DNA of 64,000 nucleotides from Bacteroidales bacterium. Its GTDB lineage: Bacteria > Bacteroidota > Bacteroidia > Bacteroidales > UBA932. Below are positions 58,619 through 64,000 of the stretch, one piece after another. The notes beneath the pieces were generated by a model that was not told where the DNA came from, did not search any database, and was given only the letters and a program-made list of their open reading frames with translations. Position 1 is the first letter of the stretch. Every line of letters begins with the position of its first letter. Location: the NCBI GenBank assembly GCA_017530725.1, contig JAFXMA010000082.1, positions 7,994 through 71,993 on the forward strand, in the 5' to 3' direction. A program made the translations under genes and the position numbers.

Positions 58619-58671
58619 GTTTTTCTGTCATTCTGTGTTTTTTCTGTCATTCTGAGCGCAGCGAAGAATCT
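58619..58671 (+). repeat. TGTC-tagged REP-like palindrome preceded by a tandem duplication of its 5' flank and arm
   Basis: tttttctgtcattctg occurs twice; full element tgtcattctgagcgcagcgaagaatct at 58645-58671. Confidence 0.7.
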
Positions 58672-58685
58672 AAACCCTTATCATC

Positions 58686-60029
58686 ATGAAGATTGCCATT
58701 GCCGGAACCGGCTACGTCGGCCTTTCCATCGCGACCCTTCTCTCCCAGAAGCACGAGGTCGTTGCCGTGGATGTGATTCCCGAAAAGGTGGAGAAGATCA
58801 ACGCCAAGCAGAGCCCGATTGCCGACGAATACCTGGAGAAATACCTGGCTGAGAAGCCTTTGAACCTGCGTGCCACGCTGGACGGCCGCGAGGCTTACCG
58901 CGGAGCCGACTTCGTCGTCATCGCCACACCCACGAACTACGCCCCCAAGAAGAATTTCTTCGACACATCGCATGTGGAAGAGGTCATCGACCTGGTCCTG
59001 GAGGTCAATCCGGACGCGGTCATGGTCATCAAGTCCACCGTCCCGGTCGGCTATACCCGCAATGTCCGGGAGAAGTTCTCCTACCGCGAGCGTCAGGCCG
59101 ACGGCACCATGAAGGTCGTTGTTCCGAAGATCCTCTTCGCTCCCGAATTCCTGCGGGAATCCAAGGCATTGTACGACAATCTGTATCCTTCCCGGATCAT
59201 CGTGGGATACGATGAGATGCCCGATCAGGTCGGGCATGACGAGATGCTCCATCAGGTCGGGCATGACGGTCATCCGTCATTGCCGGCTGCGACCGGCAAT
59301 CTGGCCGACGCTGCGAAAACCTTCGCCCGCATCATCGCCGAAGGCGCCCTGAAGGAGGACGTCCCCGTGCTGTTCATGGGATCGACCGAGGCCGAGGCTG
59401 TGAAGTTGTTTGCGAACACGTATCTTGCGCTCCGCGTGAGTTATTTCAACGAACTGGATACCTACGCGGAGATGAAGGGACTTGACACACAGGCGATTAT
59501 CGACGGTGTCTGCCTGGATCCGCGTATCGGCGCACACTACAATAACCCGAGTTTCGGCTACGGCGGCTACTGCCTCCCGAAGGACACGAAGCAACTCCTC
59601 GCGAACTTCAACGACGTCCCGGAGAACCTCATCAAGGCCATCGTCGACAGCAACCGCACCCGCAAGGACTACATCGCAGACCGCGTCCTGGAAAAGGCCG
59701 GCTACTACACCGCCTCCAGCGCCTTCGACTCCGCTAAGGAGAAAGAAGTCGTCGTGGGCGTGTACCGCCTGACCATGAAGACCGGCTCCGACAACTTCCG
59801 CCAAAGCGCCATCCAAGGCATCATGAAACGCATCAAGGCCAAAGGCGCAAAAGTGATTGTGTATGAACCCACTCTGCCGGACGGCATCACCTTCTTCGGC
59901 TCCCGCATCGTGAATGATCTGGATGCCTTCAAGGCCCAGGCCCATGCCATCATCGCGAACCGATATGATCCAGCGCTGGACGATGTGGAGGAGAAGGTTT
60001 ATACGCGGGATATTTTCAAGAGGGATTAG
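58686..60029 (+). CDS. ugd: UDP-glucose 6-dehydrogenase (with in-frame repeat insertion)
   Basis: [64 protein letters not shown]. Confidence 0.95.
   Translation: MKIAIAGTGYVGLSIATLLSQKHEVVAVDVIPEKVEKINAKQSPIADEYLEKYLAEKPLNLRATLDGREAYRGADFVVIATPTNYAPKKNFFDTSHVEEVIDLVLEVNPDAVMVIKSTVPVGYTRNVREKFSYRERQADGTMKVVVPKILFAPEFLRESKALYDNLYPSRIIVGYDEMPDQVGHDEMLHQVGHDGHPSLPAATGNLADAAKTFARIIAEGALKEDVPVLFMGSTEAEAVKLFANTYLALRVSYFNELDTYAEMKGLDTQAIIDGVCLDPRIGAHYNNPSFGYGGYCLPKDTKQLLANFNDVPENLIKAIVDSNRTRKDYIADRVLEKAGYYTASSAFDSAKEKEVVVGVYRLTMKTGSDNFRQSAIQGIMKRIKAKGAKVIVYEPTLPDGITFFGSRIVNDLDAFKAQAHAIIANRYDPALDDVEEKVYTRDIFKRD
59214..59302. repeat. Cluster of three CGTC-tagged palindromes in frame within ugd
   Basis: gagatgcccgatcaggtcgggcatgac (59214-59240), gagatgctccatcaggtcgggcatgac (59241-59267), and the oppositely oriented cgtcattgccggctgcgaccggcaatct (59275-59302). 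Confidence 0.85.
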
Positions 60030-60133
60030 GGGCATGGCAATGCCCTTTCTTCGTATAAGAATTATGGTTTTCGATGCCAATACCATTGAAATCAAAGGTC
60101 ATAAGACAATTATCTTTTTTCATGCTTTTTTCA

Positions 60134-60141
60134 TATCTTTG
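60134..60141 (+). promoter_or_regulatory. -7 promoter box of cassette copy 1
   Basis: ttttttcaTATCTTTGca; the identical 18-mer recurs at 61423-61440. Confidence 0.65.
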
Positions 60142-60189
60142 CATTCACTTAGTTAGTTGTAGATTCAATCATTCATTATCCTTTTAAAA

Positions 60190-60315
60190 ATGCAAGCGAA
60201 AACCCAGAAGCAGGAATACGAACGTCCCGAATCGGAACTTATCCTGATCGAACACACGGATTTCATTCTCTACGACCTTCCGCCCGTCGATGACGAAGGC
60301 GAGGACGATTGGTGA
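60190..60315 (+). CDS. 41-aa conserved small peptide, copy 1 (MQAKTQKQEYERPESELILIEHTDFILYDLPPVDDEGEDDW)
   Basis: ATG after an A-rich leader (ttttaaaa); paralog at 61486 differs mostly by synonymous changes. Confidence 0.8.
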   Translation: MQAKTQKQEYERPESELILIEHTDFILYDLPPVDDEGEDDW

Positions 60316-60353
60316 TGAATCATTCCTGAATAACTACATTAGCCACATTGAAA

Positions 60354-61220
60354 ATGCGTAAAAGTTTACTGTTCGGTACAATGCTTCTCATTGCATCCTG
60401 CACGGTGCAGAAAGAGGAGGAGTTTGAGAGTCCGATTCAACATCGGTATCATGCCGTGGCGGAGGAGCCCGTCGATGCGGAGACGCGGGTCTATGCCGAT
60501 TCCAAACTCAGCGTCCGCTGGAACGAGGGGGACCTCGTCACCATCTTCGAGCGGAATACCTACAACCAGGAGTTCGAGTTTCTCGGGAACACGGGCGATA
60601 CGACTGGAGACTTCGATCCGGTGGAGAGCGGTGGATACCATACGGGAGGGGACCTCGAGGACGGACTCGTCTATGCGGTCTATCCCTACCACAAGAGGAA
60701 CAAGTGCGACTACGATGGCAAGTTGACTGTCGAGTTCCCTTCGACGCAGCATTACAAGAAGGACTCCTTCGGGGTCGGCGCCAACGTCATGGTCGCGAAG
60801 ACGAACACGATGAATCTGCGCTTCATGCATGTGGGCGGCTACCGTACTATCAAGTTGTACGGTGAGGGTGTGGCCGTTTCATCGGTAAGGATCGAGAGCA
60901 ACGGCCCCGAGTATCTTGCCGGACGGACTGACGTCGTTATCGGCTCGGACGACAAGCCCGCGGTCTCGTTCATCGAGAGTTCCTCCAATTCGAAATCTGT
61001 CGAGTTGGTCTGCGACACTCCGGTTTCCCTTGGTGCCACTGCTTCTGAGGCCGTCGAGTTTTGGTTCGTCCTTCCTCCTGAGACGCTCACCCAGGGCTTC
61101 ACGGTGACGGTCACAGACGTAAACGGCAACGAGTTCTCGAAGTCCACGTCCAACGCCATCAAGATTAAGAGCGGTGTTAAGAAGAGTATGTCGGCGTTTG
61201 AGGTGGAGATCGAGAGTTAG
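60354..61220 (+). CDS. Fimbrillin/Mfa-like lipoprotein domain, C-terminally truncated paralog
   Basis: Lipobox IASC, ETRV..VRWNEGD.V.IF, YAVYPY, F.HVGG, FWFVLPP..L.QGFTVTVTD. Homology to copy 2 continues past the TAG. Confidence 0.7.
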   Translation: MRKSLLFGTMLLIASCTVQKEEEFESPIQHRYHAVAEEPVDAETRVYADSKLSVRWNEGDLVTIFERNTYNQEFEFLGNTGDTTGDFDPVESGGYHTGGDLEDGLVYAVYPYHKRNKCDYDGKLTVEFPSTQHYKKDSFGVGANVMVAKTNTMNLRFMHVGGYRTIKLYGEGVAVSSVRIESNGPEYLAGRTDVVIGSDDKPAVSFIESSSNSKSVELVCDTPVSLGATASEAVEFWFVLPPETLTQGFTVTVTDVNGNEFSKSTSNAIKIKSGVKKSMSAFEVEIES

Positions 61221-61275
61221 CCTGTTGTTCCTGGGCCCGAGGCTGTTGACATAATAAGTGCCAGGTAATCCTGTA

Positions 61276-61306
61276 AGAAAAAAGAGGCAATTACGCCTCT
61301 TTTTCT
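61276..61306. terminator. Intrinsic terminator, probably bidirectional
   Basis: agaaaaaagaggc-aattac-gcctctttttct. Confidence 0.75.
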
Positions 61307-61430
61307 CGTAATAGTATTCATCCGACGACTTCATATTCGTAAGCATCCGGTAAAGTACCTCTTTTGTCGATGCTGCTGCACTTTCATTATCGTTCATCGA
61401 AGTTAACCGGCTTTGAATTCTATTTTTTCA

Positions 61431-61438
61431 TATCTTTG
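61431..61438 (+). promoter_or_regulatory. -7 promoter box of cassette copy 2
   Basis: TATCTTTG, with an upstream TTTG at 61412-61415. Confidence 0.65.
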
Positions 61439-61485
61439 CAGCAATTATCCGAGTTAGATAGTAAACAGTCAACATTCATTCGACA

Positions 61486-61611
61486 ATGCAAACAAGAACA
61501 ACAAAACCTGAATATGAGCGTCCCGAATCGGAACTTATCCTGATTAAGCATACTGATTTCATTCTCTACGACCTTCCACCCGTCGATGACGAGGGCGAGG
61601 ATGATTGGTGA
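61486..61611 (+). CDS. 41-aa conserved small peptide, copy 2 (MQTRTTKPEYERPESELILIKHTDFILYDLPPVDDEGEDDW)
   Basis: Paralog of 60190..60315 with the same length and stop position. Confidence 0.8.
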   Translation: MQTRTTKPEYERPESELILIKHTDFILYDLPPVDDEGEDDW

Positions 61612-61668
61612 TGACGTTTCTCATGAATAACCATATTAAACACATTAACCACATTAGTCACATTGATA

Positions 61669-64000
61669 ATGCGTAAGAGTATATTGTTCGGTGCAGTGCT
61701 TCTCATTGCATCTTGTACGGTACAGAAGGAAGAGGAGTTTGAGAATCAGGCTCAGCATCGGTATCATGCCGTGGCGGAGGAACCCGTCGATGCTGAGACG
61801 AGAGTCTATGCCGACAAGAATTTGCGTGTCCGCTGGAACGAAGGGGACCGGATCTCTATCTTTGAGCGTAGGACGTATAACCAGGAGTATGAGTTCCTGG
61901 GAGACAACGGCGATACGGCGGGCGACTTCGATCCGGTGGAGAGCAGCGGATACCATACTAGTGATGAAATTGCGGATGGACACGTCTATGCGGTCTATCC
62001 TTACGACAACGATAACAAGTGCGACTATGAGGGTAAGTTGACTGTCACGTTCCCTTCGGTTCAGCATTACAAGAAGGACTCCTTCGGGATCGGCGCCAAC
62101 GTCATGGTGGCGAAGACGAACACGCTGGACCTGCGGTTCATGCACGTGGGCGGCTATCGCACCTTCAAGTTGTACGGCGAGGGCGTCTTCGTTTCTTCGG
62201 TAAGGCTCGAGAGCAACGGCCCCGAGTATCTGTCCGGACGGACAGATGTAGTCATCGGTGAGGACGGAAAACCCGCGGCCGCGGTCTCGTTCATCGAGAG
62301 CACGTCCAATTCGAAATCCGTCGAGTTGGTGTGCGACACACCGGTCGCTCTTGGTGCCACTGCGTCTGAGGCCGTCGAATTCTGGTTCGTTCTCCCTCCG
62401 GGAACACTCGCACAGGGCTTTACGGTGACGGTGACCGACGTAAACGGCAGGCAGTTCACGAAGTCTACGTCGAACTCGATTGAGATCAAGAGCGGCGTGA
62501 AGAAGAGTATGCCGGCCTTTGAGGTGGAGATGGGGAGTGAGCCTGTGATTTCCGTTCCCGAGGCCGTGGATTTAGGCCTTCCGTCTGGCGTCAAATGGGC
62601 ATCATTCAATCTTGGGGCGTCGGCGCCGGAAGAGTACGGTGATTATTATGCTTGGGGTGAAACTGAACCGCATTATAGCAGCCTGGATCCGTTGATTTGG
62701 AAGAATGACCAATACAATATGCTCGGTGGTTATAGTTTGCCGTCATACAAATGGTATAATGGAACTGCGTTAATCAAATACTGTACGAAGGAATTCTACG
62801 GGTATTGTGATTTCATGGATGGGAAAGCCGTGCTTGACTCGGAGGATGATGCGGCCCAAATTAACCTTGGTGGAGAATGGAGGATGCCGACGGATGCTGA
62901 GTGGACGGAACTGAGGGAGAATTGCACTTGGGCTTGGGCCACGCAGGATGGAGTTAACGGATATCAGGTTGTCGCCAGCAACGGTAACAGTGTTTTCCTT
63001 CCAGCCGCTGGCCTGTACGGCACCAACCTTTACAATGTGGGCTCCAACGGCTACTACTGGTCTTCTTCTTTATGTACGGATGGCCCACTCAGCGCATGGA
63101 TTGTTTCCTTCCATTCGGGCGAAGTGCTCAGGAACGGATGCGGCCGCGAATCCGGGCTCTCGATTCGTCCCGTTTACGGTGATTCTCCTATTTCAGTAGA
63201 AAGCATCTCCTTGAACATTTCCGAGATGGAAATCACAGTTGGCGAGTCAACTCAGTTAACGGCGACTATTCTGCCCGAAAATGCCACATTCAAGACTTTG
63301 ACTTGGTCAAGCAACAATAACTCAGTTGCAACGGTTTCTTCCACAGGAATCGTGACAGGCGTGGCAGTTGGCTCTGCTACCATTACAGTGACCTCAACCG
63401 ATGGTAATAAAACGGCGACATGTAACGTGTCCGTGAACGAGCCTCCTGTCCCTGTCCCCGAAGCCATCGACCTTGGCCTTCCTTCCGGACTTAAGTGGGC
63501 ATCATTCAACCTGAAAGCATCAAAACCAGAAGAATTTGGTGATTATTATGCTTGGGGCGAAACGGAAATGCAAGATAGTTTTACTGATTTTTCTTCATAC
63601 TTATGGTGCAATGGAACTGCGGATTCTTTAACTAAGTATTGTTACGAGTCGAGTTTGGGGTATAATGGTTTTGTAGATAATAAGATGACTCTTGATGCTG
63701 AAGATGATGCGGCAATTGTCTCTCTGGGTAGCAGTTGGCGAATGCCCACAAAAGATGAGTTTGCAGAACTGATCGAGAATTGCAGTTTCTCAATGGTTGA
63801 GAACTACCATAATACTGGGGTTAATGGAATTGTTTTTAACGGGAGGAATGGCAATTCTATCTTTTTCCCTGCAGGCGGATTAAAGCGGGATCCTAGCGTT
63901 GTTCCATACACACATGAGAATGAATTAGTAGCATATTGGAGTTCAACTCTCTCTATTGATGATATAGATATAGGAATTGGGCCTAAGTGTGCCTATGCCC
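61669..64000 (+). CDS. Fimbrillin-like lipoprotein + VDLGLPSG/C-type-lectin-fold (DUF1566-like) domain + Ig-like (Big_2) domain + second CLec-fold domain; runs off the window
   Basis: Hand translation from ATG 61669 is open to the window end: MRKSILFGAVLLIASC..EAVDLGLPSGVKWASFNLGA..YGDYYAWGET..WRMPT..FLPAAG..YWSSS..SIRPV..VESISLN..LTATILPENAT..TWSS..EAIDLGLPSGLKWA. It has no stop in the window and is absent from the ORF track. Confidence 0.85.
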   Translation, partial: MRKSILFGAVLLIASCTVQKEEEFENQAQHRYHAVAEEPVDAETRVYADKNLRVRWNEGDRISIFERRTYNQEYEFLGDNGDTAGDFDPVESSGYHTSDEIADGHVYAVYPYDNDNKCDYEGKLTVTFPSVQHYKKDSFGIGANVMVAKTNTLDLRFMHVGGYRTFKLYGEGVFVSSVRLESNGPEYLSGRTDVVIGEDGKPAAAVSFIESTSNSKSVELVCDTPVALGATASEAVEFWFVLPPGTLAQGFTVTVTDVNGRQFTKSTSNSIEIKSGVKKSMPAFEVEMGSEPVISVPEAVDLGLPSGVKWASFNLGASAPEEYGDYYAWGETEPHYSSLDPLIWKNDQYNMLGGYSLPSYKWYNGTALIKYCTKEFYGYCDFMDGKAVLDSEDDAAQINLGGEWRMPTDAEWTELRENCTWAWATQDGVNGYQVVASNGNSVFLPAAGLYGTNLYNVGSNGYYWSSSLCTDGPLSAWIVSFHSGEVLRNGCGRESGLSIRPVYGDSPISVESISLNISEMEITVGESTQLTATILPENATFKTLTWSSNNNSVATVSSTGIVTGVAVGSATITVTSTDGNKTATCNVSVNEPPVPVPEAIDLGLPSGLKWASFNLKASKPEEFGDYYAWGETEMQDSFTDFSSYLWCNGTADSLTKYCYESSLGYNGFVDNKMTLDAEDDAAIVSLGSSWRMPTKDEFAELIENCSFSMVENYHNTGVNGIVFNGRNGNSIFFPAGGLKRDPSVVPYTHENELVAYWSSTLSIDDIDIGIGPKCAYA

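Noticed and set aside
59214-59302. 27-bp repeats as a mini-CRISPR array
   Set aside because: The units are adjacent with no spacers, lie inside a CDS, and no cas genes are present.
61218-61268. Amber read-through or recoding at the TAG ending fimbrillin copy 1
   Set aside because: Read-through adds only 15 residues after the TAG before a TAA, and TAG is used as a normal stop elsewhere (susD, uxaC, exuT, ugd).
60879-61397. 172-aa minus-strand ORF across the cassette junction
   Set aside because: Mostly antisense to the fimbrillin gene, runs through a terminator hairpin, and has no recognisable motif.

Overview
GC-rich Bacteroidales chromosomal window, identified from TAnnTTTG-type promoters, a SusC/SusD pair and Bacteroidota-type lipoproteins. 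Left to right it holds five blocks. (1) The end of a pectin/homogalacturonan PUL (GH105, PL1, SusC, SusD, a 1.7-kaa surface beta-helix protein) runs directly into uxaC-uxaA-uxaB-exuT. (2) Next come GH97, gdhA, a WYL regulator, an S9 peptidase and recG. (3) A precursor-less S26-peptidase/PqqD/nucleotidyltransferase/ABC cassette follows, then pdxA and rnhA. (4) A ~27 kb Wzx/Wzy surface-polysaccharide locus ends in an epimerase / plant-galacturonokinase-like GHMP kinase / nucleotidyltransferase / ugd block, a candidate bacterial galacturonate-to-UDP-GalA salvage route. (5) A tandemly duplicated cassette consists of a promoter, a conserved 41-aa YxxP peptide absent from the ORF track, and a fimbrillin-like lipoprotein; the second copy carries C-type-lectin-fold domains with a DGR variable-repeat-like segment. 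Two palindromic repeat families (GTAG- and CGTC/TGTC-tagged) are scattered through the window, and several copies lie in frame inside genes. I saw no rRNA, tRNA, CRISPR array, transposase or reverse transcriptase. All family calls come from motif recognition by eye, not database searches.
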